A DNA stretch of 63,230 bases, filler included, from Octopus bimaculoides (taxonomy: Eukaryota), in the NCBI RefSeq assembly GCF_001194135.2. It is 6 parts of 6 records of this genome, joined end to end, with 100 filler letters (N's around TTAATTAATTAA, not from the genome) between each part and the next. Parts side by side here need not be neighbours in the genome. Positions count along the whole stretch, not along the records: positions 20,520 to 36,216 come from NC_068983.1; 5 more parts are not named here. One strand, written 5' to 3'. The notes below the pieces were generated by a model. The model saw nothing but the letters and a program-made list of their open reading frames with translations. It searched no databases and was not told where the DNA came from. This document shows, piece by piece, positions 21,539-34,576 of the stretch (position 1 is the stretch's first letter; every line of letters starts with the position of its first letter). Both the position numbers and the translations under genes were made by a program.

Positions 21539-24044
21539 CAAGTATATATATATATATATATATATAAATTTAAGGAATGGAGAAAACGCATGTTATATAT
21601 ATATATATATATANNNNNNNNNNNNNNNNNNNNNNNNNNNNNNNNNNNNNNNNNNNNNNNNNNNNNNNNNNNNNNNNNNNNNNNNNNNNNNNNNNNNNNN
21701 NNNNNNNNNNNNNNNNNNNNNNNNNNNNNNNNNNNNNNNNNNNNNNNNNNNNNNNNNNNNNNNNNNNNNNNNNNNNNNNNNNNNNNNNNNNNNNNNNNNN
21801 NNNNNNNNNNNNNNNNNNNNNNNNNNNNNNNNNNNNNNNNNNNNNNNNNNNNNNNNNNNNNNNNNNNNNNNNNNNNNNNNNNNNNNNNNNNNNNNNNNNN
21901 NNNNNNNNNNNNNNNNNNNNNNNNNNNNNNNNNNNNNNNNNNNNNNNNNNNNNNNNNNNNNNNNNNNNNNNNNNNNNNNNNNNNNNNNNNNNNNNNNNNN
22001 NNNNNNNNNNNNNNNNNNNNNNNNNNNNNNNNNNNNNNNNNNNNNNNNNNNNNNNNNNNNNNNNNNNNNNNNNNNNNNNNNNNNNNNNNNNNNNNNNNNN
22101 NNNNNNNNNNNNNNNNNNNNNNNNNNNNNNNNNNNNNNNNNNNNNNNNNNNNNNNNNNNNNNNNNNNNNNNNNNNNNNNNNNNNNNNNNNNNNNNNNNNN
22201 NNNNNNNNNNNNNNNNNNNNNNNNNNNNNNNNNNNNNNNNNNNNNNNNNNNNNNNNNNNNNNNNNNNNNNNNNNNNNNNNNNNNNNNNNNNNNNNNNNNN
22301 NNNNNNNNNNNNNNNNNNNNNNNNNNNNNNNNNNNNNNNNNNNNNNNNNNNNNNNNNNNNNNNNNNNNNNNNNNNNNNNNNNNNNNNNNNNNNNNNNNNN
22401 NNNNNNNNNNNNNNNNNNNNNNNNNNNNNNNNNNNNNNNNNNNNNNNNNNNNNNNNNNNNNNNNNNNNNNNNNNNNNNNNNNNNNNNNNNNNNNNNNNNN
22501 NNNNNNNNNGTGTGTTTGGCTGTGTGTTCTGGATATTCCGATGATTAATACTAAATAATAAATGCCACATACATATTTGACCATAGATAACATATACAAA
22601 TTAGAACAAAGGAACTTTTACGTGATCGCTCGACCTACTAAAAATATATCAACTAAATTTTCTCACAAATCACTTCATATTGTTTTTCGTATTTATATTT
22701 TTAAAGGAAGTACTCATTGGTCGATGTTGTCCTAAATATACTTAAAAAAAAAAAAAAAGAACCGAAAAAGCTTAGGGTCATATTTAAGCAAGCCTTTCCT
22801 CAATTAAAGTTGACTTGGGCTAGACAACAACCGTAGATGACACATGCAGACTGGACTGCATGGCATATATAGGTTTTGCGAGAGCGTTAAGTGCGAATAC
22901 CGCCGTAGTTAATATGGAATGCGTAAATAAATAAAGAAATATATATCACGTGACCCTATCAAAACGGTAAATCTGTAATTTGACATGGAGTACACACAGT
23001 TGTCTGTGTTGCTGTTACTAGCTACCCGCGGCTTTTATCAATTAGTAAATGGACTATATTAACTGCGCGGAGCCGAATATTATATCAACCATGTAATTAT
23101 TGTCTACTACCCTCTCATTTCCATACTGTGTGTGTGTGTGTATGTGTGTGTATCTCTGTGTATGTATGTTTGTACGTAGGTTTGCGTGGGTGTATACGTG
23201 TATGTGTGCATTTGTGTGTGAGCGAGTATAAGTGTGTCTGAGGTTTTATGCGCGTCCATGTACTTGTTTTACTAAAGACTGGTGAAAGTACATTAATAGA
23301 TTTATAAATAAATGTAAAACGATAAAAAGGAAAGTAAAAACGACCGCAACTATTTCCGTGGGTGCAAAAAGGACTCATATTTATATTTAGATGATGATAA
23401 TACGAAAAAATTCTCACGTCACTTTATAGAAATAATGATTTCTAAATTTGGGGCAACATTTTATATTTTAGAGGAAGTATTAACTAAATTTAATTTCTTA
23501 AATATAGAACTGTAAAATTTAATTTACTTCACTCTTCGATTGGTACTTATAATATCGATTTCAAATTTTGGCACAAGGCCAGCAATTTCGGGAGAGGGAG
23601 TAAGTCAATTACATCGACACCAGTGGTACTGGTACTTATTTTATCGAACCCGAAAGGATGAGAAGTAGAGTCGACCTCGGAGGAATTTGAACTCAGAACG
23701 TGATGACAGACGAAATGCAGCTAAGCATATTGCCCAGCGTGCTAACGATCCCGCCAGCTCGCCGCCTTTTTGCTACCTATAATGTCATCGACTCTAGAGG
23801 GATGAAATGAAAAGTCAATTCTGGCTGGACTTGATTCCATAACCTAAATGGACTCAGTTAAACACTGGAATGATTTCTAATATTTGGTAGCAATTTTGAG
23901 GTGAGTGGCAAGCCGATCACATCAATCCCAGTGCCTCATCGGGTATCTATTTTATCAAAGCCACCAGGATGAAAGGCAAAGACAAACCTGAGCATAATTT
24001 GAACTCAGACCGTAAATGGCTGGAAGAAATGCCACTAGAGCTAG

Positions 24045-24660
24045 AGCCTCAATCATACCACAAAACAAACGAAGCTCAGCATCAGTATTATACTGTGTTC
24101 CCAAAAGCTGTCCCTGAATCTTACGCCAAGTGAACTGCGTAAGATGATAGAAACCTCCTTTGCTCTCTACGTCGCGGCCAAACAATGCAAGAACAGCTCT
24201 CAGTGCACCTTCTTCAAAGTCAGTCACCACGGTTTGCACATTAATAGAATAGCTTACGTCCGCATATTTATCATCTATAGCCTAAAAGAGATCTTCGTAG
24301 GTGGCACGAGTCTTGTTTGAAAGAAGAGTGTGCACTGAAGTAACAGCTGTATCACCGAAAGGGATACGGATGACATAGATCTGTCTGAATATATTTGGAG
24401 CCATAGCAAAGTTGCCATCCATATATATAGTATCAGCACTAGCAAGGTGTCTGAGGCCATCACTGGCACCAATGTGGTTATTATCAGAGTAAAAACTCCT
24501 CGAAATTAAGACCAACTGTCATAATATAGTCAGTAGGAAGTTCACCTAGATCTTTTAGCAAACGTGGTACAGGAGTAGGCCGTTGGTTGCGCAGAGTTCG
24601 TAAGTCATTAATTTACCATCAGTTCTGCATATTCCTTTACAAAAACTGATTGATATATTA
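24045..24660 (-). mobile_element. Mutator-like (MULE) transposase relic
   Basis: Motifs IYMDGNFAMAPNIFRQIYVI, LLSNKTRATYEDLF, VVTDFEEGA and GFYHLTQFTWRKIQ, broken by frameshifts. Confidence 0.88.
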
Positions 24661-27007
24661 ACCTTATAAAAGTGAGAATTCGCCAGTTAACCCTTCTATT
24701 AAAGAAAGTAGCAGAAACAGTGCTAACGTTGTCCTGTGTTTTTTTTCCTTCTTTTTTTGTCCGTGACTTTTTTCCTATGACTTTTTTTACATGTGACTTT
24801 TTTTACTTAGATTCGAATATATACAATCGCCACGGATGAAAACCTTTCCTTATTTGTGTCTTAAATTAAGGCTGGTCTGTGGTTAAACAGCAATAACACA
24901 GTCTTTATGTCTTCAGAACAGAATCGAAGGAAGTTCGTGGTCCCATCTTCGCATCCTTTACCAAAACACTAAATGTTTTGCTGATATTAGTTATACACCT
25001 ATTTAACGCTGGCGTAAGTTGCCTCAGACAATATATAACCATGCTAGAAAACATGAACATATCTAATTTTGTTATTTGCTGTTCTGAGCTTAAATTCCGA
25101 AAGTTGCATTAGTCTTTATCCCGTTATCGATTGTTATTACTCAGCTGAATTTTAGCTCAGATCCAGTAAATCTGTAATAATAGACGTCCCACAATCTGTC
25201 GATAATTCAGACATAGTGTATGGAAGACACATTAGCCAGTACGTCTTGCACTTTCGATAGTGTACAGTTTTTTTTTTTATTCAGGAAGATTTGGCTGCTA
25301 GTATATCTAGTAAATTTAGCGATTATGTTGAGGCTTCTCATTGACAACTGATATTTCCATGCTGGCTCAGTTTTGGGTTGATGGAGTAAGCACCAAATAT
25401 ACGATAATTCTGCTGTAACTCCCCCTCATCAAGAAAAAATCATCTTTTGATAATACAAAAAAAAAAAAAAATCATCGTTCAGATGTCAACTCATAACAGG
25501 GATATACACGAATGATGCATTTGCAAATGCACCTACATCCTCTACATAAACGAGAAGACAGAGCATTTCGTAAATATACAGACATTGAATCTCACAGATA
25601 ATGTTTTCATGCAGACATGCAGAGCTATAAGTACGCTTATACATATCTACAATAAACATACATTTAGCAATACGTGCACACATACATAACCGTGCCTAAA
25701 CTCATATCCAGTCACATACATTAATACATGCATACATATTAAGCATACATATACATGCAAACGCGTAACCTAAAATAAACAAATAAAAATCACGATACAT
25801 GTAAGGGCATATATCAATACATATTTTACTAAACGTGCACACATGCATACACAGATTCAGGTATATGCAGATACAGACACACAAACACACACTCGTGCGA
25901 ACATATATACCAACACATTCATATAGAGATCTGTTTTTGTATAAGCAACATATCTTCCTCTCAGATTATGTCTGTGTGTGTGTGAGTGTATATACGAGTA
26001 CATATGTATTATATATCAAGTATATATATACATTCTTATATATTTTAAAATATATATGTGAATATAAATACACACACACACACATATATAAGTATATATA
26101 NNNNNNNNNNNNNNNNNNNNNNNNNNNNNNNNNNNNNNNNNNNNNNNNNNNNNNNNNNNNNNNNNNNNNNNNNNNNNNNNNNNNNNNNNNNNNNNNNNNN
26201 NNNNNNNNNNNNNNNNNNNNNNNNNNNNNNNNNNNNNNNNNNNNNNNNNNNNNNNNNNNNNNNNNNNNNNNNNNTATATATATGTACGCTTGCATAGCAA
26301 AAATAAAATAGAAAAGATCGTGTGAAGTCGTTAGAAAGACTGTTTCAAGATGGCGTTATCTAGTAGTATAAAACTGCAGCAAATAGTTACAGTAGACGAC
26401 TGAAAGACCTTTGTATATTATTAATCTTTTTGTTACTTCCTCTTTTTAATAAAAGACATATTTATCACTCACGCGTCACCAAACACTTCTTTTTTTTATA
26501 TTAACGTTGTTATTGTTGTTATTATTCATGTAGTTATTATTATTATTAGTGTTGTTCTTGCTTTCATTGCCTTTAAACATCTTTCAGTTTTCTGTATTCA
26601 CCTCCTCCACCATTTCTTCTCTCCTCTTTCTTTTCTTTCCCTCTTCATTTCTTCTATATTTTTTCCTTATAGTCTGTCACGCCACCAACGTCTGCCATAT
26701 ACACTACCCCCTCATACATTCACTCAGTCATATACACTGTCCTTTCTTTTTATCTATTCCTCTTATACTATCAACATAGATAGATTCATAGATTTGTCTG
26801 TCTGTCTGCCTCTCTCTCTCCTTCCCTCCCTATTTCTCATTCTCACTTTCCCCCTTTCTCTCTCTGCATCATATATTCACAATATCCATATTCCCTCATT
26901 TTTGTCAGGCATTCTCAACTCCTGTTCAATTCTTTTAATTTATTTCTTTTCTGTATTTTAGTTCCACTTCAACGCCCGTACACTCTCTCTTGCTCTTGCT
27001 CTCTGTC

Positions 27008-27060
<53 letters not shown>

Positions 27061-27187
27061 CCTCTCTCTCTCCACTGATGTATCAAAATATCTCTTCTGT
27101 TACATCTGTGTGTCCATTTATCTTTATCAAATTCCCCAAGCAGCCGCTTCTCTTGTCCTCTCTATTCCCTCAAGCTTTCCTATTCCG

Positions 27188-27233
<46 letters not shown>

Positions 27234-27271
27234 CGTCTGTCTGTCTGTCTGCCTGTCTGTCTGTCTATCCA

Positions 27272-27325
<54 letters not shown>

Positions 27326-27478
27326 TATGTATGTAAATATGTATATATGTATCTGCATATGTATGTACATATGTATACATGTACACACACACACATACAC
27401 AAACACACACACACATACATGTATATTTCTTTTTGTTATTTATATTACTGACTTTAACATCTAATCTGAAACTGTACA

Positions 27479-27553
<75 letters not shown>

Positions 27554-28332
27554 ATCTATCGATCGATCGATCGATCGAACGGTCTATCTATCTACTTCGC
27601 TCCTTTGTTCTGTAACTATTATGTTGTTTATCAGAACCCAAAGATTCTTCTGAAGAATAATAATTTAGTGAAAACCAATGTTGTGTAAATACTTCAGAAT
27701 AGTTTCATGGCAGTCATTTATTTGCGCGTGTCATGTCATATTAGCAGGACTATNNNNNNNNNNNNNNNNNNNNNNNNNNNNNNNNNNNNNNNNNNNNNNN
27801 NNNNNNNNNNNNNNNNNNNNNNNNNNNNNNNNNNNNNNNNNNNNNNNNNNNNNNNNNNNNNNNNNNNNNNNNNNNNNNNNNNNNNNNNNNNNNNNNNNNN
27901 NNNNNNNNNNNNNNNNNNNNNNNNNNNNNNNNNNNNNNNNNNNNNNNNNNNNNNNNNNNNNNNNNNNNNNNNNNNNNNNNNNNNNNNNNNNNNNNNNNNN
28001 NNNNNNNNNNNNNNNNNNNNNNNNNNNNNNNNNNNNNNNNNNNNNNNNNNNNNNNNNNNNNNNNNNNNNNNNNNNNNNNNNNNNNNNNNNNNNNNNNNNN
28101 NNNNNNNNNNNNNNNNNNNNNNNNNNNNNNNNNNNNNNNNNNNNNNNNNNNNNNNNNNNNNNNNNNNNNNNNNNNNNNNNNNNNNNNNNNNNNNNNNNNN
28201 NNNNNNNNNNNNNNNNNNNNNNNNNNNNNNNNNNNNNNNNNNNNNNNNNNNNNNNNNNNNNNNNNNNNNNNNNNNNNNNNNNNNNNNNNNNNNNNNNNNN
28301 NNNNNNNNNTATATATATATATATATATATAT

Positions 28333-28393
<61 letters not shown>

Positions 28394-28630
28394 CAGACGG
28401 ATTATGAGGGCTAATGGTGTCAATAAGACCCAAAGGTGTCAGGTAATGCTGAGTAAGTGCTGAAGTGGACATACTATAGTTAAGCTCCAGGTTCGGTGAT
28501 TATGCGAATGAAGAGTTCAACAAGAGTTCAATGTAGGTCATATATCAGCATGTGTATATATATAAAAAAATTAATAGAATGAGATAACATTCGAAGACTG
28601 TGAAAGATTTTAGAACATTTATAAATAGAA

Positions 28631-28680
28631 CGTTTTACAGCTGTTTCCGGGATATTTTATATATCCCTTCATCGGAGACG
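28631..28680 (-). ncRNA. degenerate minimal type I hammerhead ribozyme-like motif (probable Penelope terminal repeat)
   Basis: Minus strand reads CGUCU-CCGAUGA-A-GGGAUAU-AUAAA-AUAUCCC-G-GAAA-CAGCUGU-A-AAACG. It has a 7-bp stem II, palindromic stem III, a GUA cleavage triplet and a 4/5 stem I, but core U4 is replaced by C. Confidence 0.6.
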
Positions 28681-29328
28681 GTGTGAGAATATGGTTAGGC
28701 AATAGTTATTTTAGATAAGATATGAAATAGAGAGTGAAGTGGAGGAATGAAAATAGACGTGAGATATGCAGGGATATTGCATCTGTAGATATATTTTTTA
28801 GGCAGAATGGTATATATACAAGATTCCAATACCTTGTGAGTAAGTTCCAATAGTATTTAAAATTGGTCATTCCAAGTACAGAGTTTGTATAGAGTGTTAT
28901 TGAATCGATGGTTTTAAAACCTATATTCCAACTCATTTATTATCTAACTTCTTGTATTATCCTCGTATCCGATAGTTTAGCAGGAGTGGCTGTGTGGTAA
29001 GTGGCTTTCTTACCAACTACATGGTTCCAGGTTCAGTCCCACTGTGTGGCAACTTGCGCAAATGTCTTATATTATAGCCTCAGGCCGAACAAAGCCTTGT
29101 GAGTGGCTTACGTAGACGGAGACTGAAGAAAGCCTATCGGATGTGTGTGTGTGTGTGTGTGTGTGCGTCTATGTTTGTCTTCCCACCATCGCTTGACAAA
29201 CTGTGTGTTTACGTCCCCGTAACTTAGCGGTTCGACAAAAGAGACCTATACGATAAGTACTAGGCTTATCTGTGTGTGTGTGCCTGTATGTACATACAAC
29301 CCCACCCATATATATATATATATATATA

Positions 29329-30132
29329 CAGGGTGATTGAAAAGTAACTCACTCCCTATTTTAAAATACTTATAATTTATTTATTAGCAATAACATTTTT
29401 ATCAAAATTTTGTGTATGTTCTTTAATGTATGAGAATTGATTCTATGTTATTGTTGTTTTTTCAGATCGATATTTTTGTTTGAAATTTAGAAGCACTACA
29501 AACATGGTCTAATCTCTTTAAAAATATTCTCTGGAGTGCTGAAGCACTACTGGGCAGGAGAAGACCCTCGTATTTTCTCTGAAAAAAATGCAGATCGGCC
29601 CAGGGTAACGGTATCGTGTGGAATGACTTCGGACAGAATTGTATGTCTTTTCATCCTTCGCACTATCATAAATGCTGAAAGGTACCTCACCATACTGCAA
29701 GATGAAATCTGGCCAGTTATCAGTATTTGGAAGAATATTGAACATTTGATTTTTATGCAAAATGGCGCTCCTCCACATTTTGCTATTGTTGTTCATGAAT
29801 GGCTGAATGCCCACATTGCTGGGAGATGAAAAGGTCGTCGAAGTTCGCAAGACTGGCCGGTCAGAAGCCCTGATTTAGCACCCTGCAACTTTTTTCTTTG
29901 GGGTTGGTTAAAGGAGAAGTTATGACTACCATTCCACAAGAGTTTCGGATGAAATCAATTGATGCGGTTCCCGAGCGGCTTGAGAAGCTGGTGGCGAATG
30001 CTGGCGCCTATATCGAAATTTAAATAAAACTCTATGCTATACGATTTCTTCACATAGCCATTTCTTAAAATAAATTATAGTTAAATAAATTATAAGCTTG
30101 TTAAAATAAGGAGTTACTTTTCAATCAGCCTA
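29329..30132 (+). mobile_element. DD41D (rosa-type) Tc1/mariner element, defective
   Basis: TIRs CAGGGTGATTGAAAAGTAACTC / GAGTTACTTTTCAATCAGCCTA with TA flanks. Motifs NILWSAEA, FMQNGAPPH and WPVRSPDLAPCNFFLWGWLK, with 41 residues between the 2nd and 3rd catalytic positions. Confidence 0.88.
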
Positions 30133-30136
30133 TATA

Positions 30137-30176
<40 letters not shown>

Positions 30177-30228
30177 AGAGAGAGAGAGAGATCAGCAGTT
30201 GAGAAGTCAAAAGTAATATAATTATGTA

Positions 30229-30306
<78 letters not shown>

Positions 30307-30551
30307 ATATATATATATATATATTTATATATAAATATATGTATCGTTATATATAAATGTATGTATATATATGTGTGTCTGTATATGTATATATATATAT
30401 NNNNNNNNNNNNNNNNNNNNNNNNNNNNNNNNNNNTATATATAAATACATAAATATATATATATATATACATATATACGTATATACACTTATACAAACAC
30501 ACATATAATATATATATATGTATGTTTGTATATATCATGCGTATGTGTGTG

Positions 30552-30601
<50 letters not shown>

Positions 30602-31304
30602 TGTGATGTGATCTTCCGTCGAAAACGACGTATGAGCGTTCGGTAATGAGGACAGAAGCAACTCCAGCAAACTTGAAGTAATAAGAAGAGGGTAACATTC
30701 AAACAATTGACCTGTTGAACTGGAAAGTCACAAGGTACAAACAAAAGAATGGCACACTCATAAAAAATATCATCCATTGATGAATATCATAAAACAATGT
30801 TAATTTGTTGCCATTATTTAGCCTTTAACCGTGTACAGATAAATATCTTACAATAATGTTAATTTGTTTTCATTATTTACCATTTTAGTATGTATAGATA
30901 AAAATTCTACAATATATATAATCATTCACCACACATATGAATACAGACTCCTGCACGCACACGCACTTAAACACGCACACCGACACACACACACCGACAC
31001 ACACACACACACACACACACACTAACACTACCATATACATTCATACATATGCATAAATACACACATATGAAGGTAGAAATCGTCGTATATAGTCACACTT
31101 TGGCTTCTCTAACTAATCACCCCCAACATAATTATTGTCAAGTTAGAAGTACGGCATGTTTACTCTGCTAACTCACTAGTGATGCTTTACTCTTTTTATC
31201 ACCAACAGTAGTGATTTGGACAAATGTTATGAACCAAGATATCTTTCTAAAGTCACAATCTGTCCAATATTTGGGACGATTTGAAACATCCACGCCGTCT
31301 ACAA

Positions 31305-31678
31305 TGGAAATATTGACATCAAATTTTGGCATAACGCCAGCAATTTTGGGGGTGGCATGAAGTCGATTACATCGACCCCAGTTCTCGAAAGGATGTCAAC
31401 CTTGGCTGAATTTGAACTCAGACGTAAATACGAACGAAACACCGCTGAGCATTTTGCCCGGCGTGGTAACGATTCTTCTTTCTTTATTGCTCGTAAGGGG
31501 CTAAACATAGAGGGGACAAACAAGGACAGACAGTGCGTAACAGGTACTTAATTTATCGACTCCGAAAAGATGAAAGGCGAAGTCGACCTCGGCGGAATTT
31601 GAACTCAGAACGTAACGGTAGATAAAATATCGCTAAGCATTTTGCCCGTGCTAACGATTCTGCCAGCTCGCTGCCTTA
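31305..31678 (-). mobile_element. SINE family B dimer with target-site duplication
   Basis: Two bodies in tandem. The flanking direct repeat acaatggaaa(t/a)attg lies at 31301 and 31683. Confidence 0.85.
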
Positions 31679-32449
31679 ACCCACAATGGAAAAATTGTTA
31701 CATAATTTCTTCCAAGTGTTCAAAAGCAAAATTGAATCACATTGTAAGAAAATAACCTGTGCCACATCTACTCTCATCATAAACAACCATAACTACAACC
31801 CTATTGTTATAAGTGGTAAGTCTTGCAATTCTGTCTCTTATGGCCAACGCACTTGAGACACTTCCAAAACTGTATCACAAAGACAACGTTCATTTATAAT
31901 CCATATTGAAACACTGCTCTCACAACCCAGTAAAAGGTATTATGATTGATCGGCAAATATTCAGTCGCCAAGAGGCTTCTGACGCTAACGCATAGGTTCA
32001 CTGTTTCTATTCTTTGCTTCCTTTGTCGCTACTAAGACAATGACAATAATCTTTGTTTCTCTAATCTAATATCTTTACCCATGACCATTCATCACATATA
32101 TCTCCGATCTCGTCAACCTTACGCTGTCTCTTCTTTTAAATCTTACATAAGGCACTTCATGCAGTACCTTCTGCTTAGATCCGTAACACCTTCGGATTTC
32201 CTTCCTCTCAAAACGTAACACCAACACCTAACGTACAAGTCTCTGTGGGTTTGTGGAATACATGTGTAATTTTCTTTCCTACTCACATATGTATAAACAC
32301 ACATCTAATAAATGTGCTAAACAATGTAAGGCAGTCAGGAAGTAATAGAAAACATACAAGCCAAGCATAAGAGAAGTTTCTAGAACATAACAAGAATTCC
32401 CCTCCCCAAAAATTTCAGGCTTTGTTCGTATAGTAGAAAGGATTTTTAG

Positions 32450-32494
<45 letters not shown>

Positions 32495-32535
32495 GTTGTT
32501 GTTGTTGTTATTGTTGTTGTTGTTGTTGTTATTTT

Positions 32536-34517
32536 CACATACAATCCCGAACTGATCTATCCACGACAACCTCCACCTTATGCGATACATCGTAGAGAGA
32601 GAGCTGGGACTAAAGCTGGTTCCAGTAAGGCCCTGATGAATTTAGATCAGCCAAAAGCTTTCGATAGGGTCGACCATCGCTACTTGGAGCTCTCCTTAAA
32701 GCGGCCAGTTTCGGACCCGTTTTCAGAGGCTGGATTGTTACAATGCACGGCAGCATTTACTCGGTGGTCAAAGTAAATGCCCTTCTATCGGAACTGTTTA
32801 GTATCGCTCGTTCGGTCCGTCAGGGCTGCCTGCTGTCAACTCTTCTGTATGTGCTGGTTCTCGAACTACTGTTGTGGAAGTTGGAACAATTAAGAGGTCT
32901 CCTAATGGAAATTGAAATCGGGAGGGTAGTCTCGGCGTACGCGGACGACGTCACCGTCATGGTGTCGGACGCCTCCGAAGTGGAGACGCTCGACTCTATT
33001 ATAAGGGAATATNNNNNNNNNNNNNNNNNNNNNNNNNNNNNNNNNNNNNNNNNNNNNNNNNNNNNNNNNNNNNNNNNNNNNNNNNNNNNNNNNNNNNNNN
33101 NNNNNNNNNNNNNNNNNNNNNNNNNNNNNNNNNNNNNNNNNNNNNNNNNNNNNNNNNNNNNNNNNNNNNNNNNNNNNNNNNNNNNNNNNNNNNNNNNNNN
33201 NNNNNNNNNNNNNNNNNNNNNNNNNNNNNNNNNNNNNNNNNNNNNNNNNNNNNNNNNNNNNNNNNNNNNNNNNNNNNNNNNNNNNNNNNNNNNNNNNNNN
33301 NNNNNNNNNNNNNNNNNNNNNNNNNNNNNNNNNNNNNNNNNNNNNNNNNNNNNNNNNNNNNNNNNNNNNNNNNNNNNNNNNNNNNNNNNNNNNNNNNNNN
33401 NNNNNNNNNNNNNNNNNNNNNNNNNTTTTCTTCTGGAAGGGACGCGTTCCAATGGTCAAGCGGTCAGTCTGCTACTAACTCCCTCAGCGTGGCGGCTTAA
33501 GCATGCCATGGCTTTTGATGCGCAGACACGCACTCAGGTTATGCCACGTGCAACGATTTCTAGAAGGTGAATGTGTGTGGGCTCCGTTTGTGAGACGCAT
33601 TTCCGCAGCTCGTCTCCTTGACGAAGCTGCTGTCCAGGATAGAGACTGGGCACTTGGCACCTAGAACGTCATCAGGCGCTCACTGTCCCCTACAAGACGG
33701 GCAATAAGATCGGTGGATGTTCCACTTTAGCTATATACAGAGGATTAGTAGCGGGGAAGTGCGACGACGTCCTCGGGGAGACCCTAGGCGTTAATGAAGA
33801 TGAAGTGGCAAGTCTTTCCAGATGACTTTCCGGTCGCAACTATTATGGATAATTTCCAGATGTCTTTGGCCTGACAGTGCTACCGGGGTGGGGAACACTA
33901 CTGGTTCGAGATAAACTTCTACAAGCACGGATGTGCTGTCAGACGGGCTTGCGCGAGGTGCTCGCTGAGCGACGAAACCCTTCTGCATGCACTCGTTCAG
34001 TGTCCGGGCAGTGTTGACTTGTGGAGTCATGTCAAACAGGTGCTGTAGTGTGTGGGACGGATCTGTCTGTCAGCCTAGTCCATAATAATGATTGTCCCGC
34101 CGCCCTCCTTTAATCGGGCTGGCAAGGCAGTTTTCCTTTGTTTGGTGGGTGTGGCGAAATAGATTATCTGATGGACGAGGCTTCAAGGAATGAGGACAGA
34201 AACAGTACTCCTTGATAAAGCCTTCATCGAGTTTTTCAAGTTTCACTTGAGAAGGAAAGTGAGGGAGGAGAGGGAAGTGCTGCCCTCGAGTGACTTTATC
34301 AAAAGGTGAGTGGAAGTTGCGAAAATAGCAAGAGTGGATGATACCACTTTTGCCGCTCTTCTTCTAGTGTCGTATACTATGTATACCTCCCTTCTTCTAG
34401 TGTATACCGTATATGCTGTTTTCTTCATTCCATCATATGTAAGCCCCCACAGTTTATGTTTGTCTGTGTATTGTCCCCCTCATCCTTGGCCCTTGTGACA
34501 AATAAAAGAAATCATCA

Positions 34518-34575
<58 letters not shown>
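32536..34575 (+). mobile_element. 5'-truncated L1/Tx1-like LINE (RT + CCHC finger), gapped
   Basis: Motifs SIHDNLHLMRYI, LDQPKAFDRVDH, SVRQGCLLSTLLY, AYADDVTV and CARCSLSDETLLHALVQC. The 3' end is aataaaagaa followed by (ATC)(ATT)n. Confidence 0.9.

Positions 34576-34576
<1 letters not shown>

Noticed and set aside
21510-22599. Long ORFs (200-500 aa) here and at 27678-28472, 32743-33570, 50996-53058 and 60878-61878
   Set aside because: They are open only because they run through N gaps and microsatellites.
31357-31551. 64-aa ORF MKSITSTPVLERMSTLAEFELRR...
   Set aside because: It lies wholly within the antisense strand of a family B SINE dimer.
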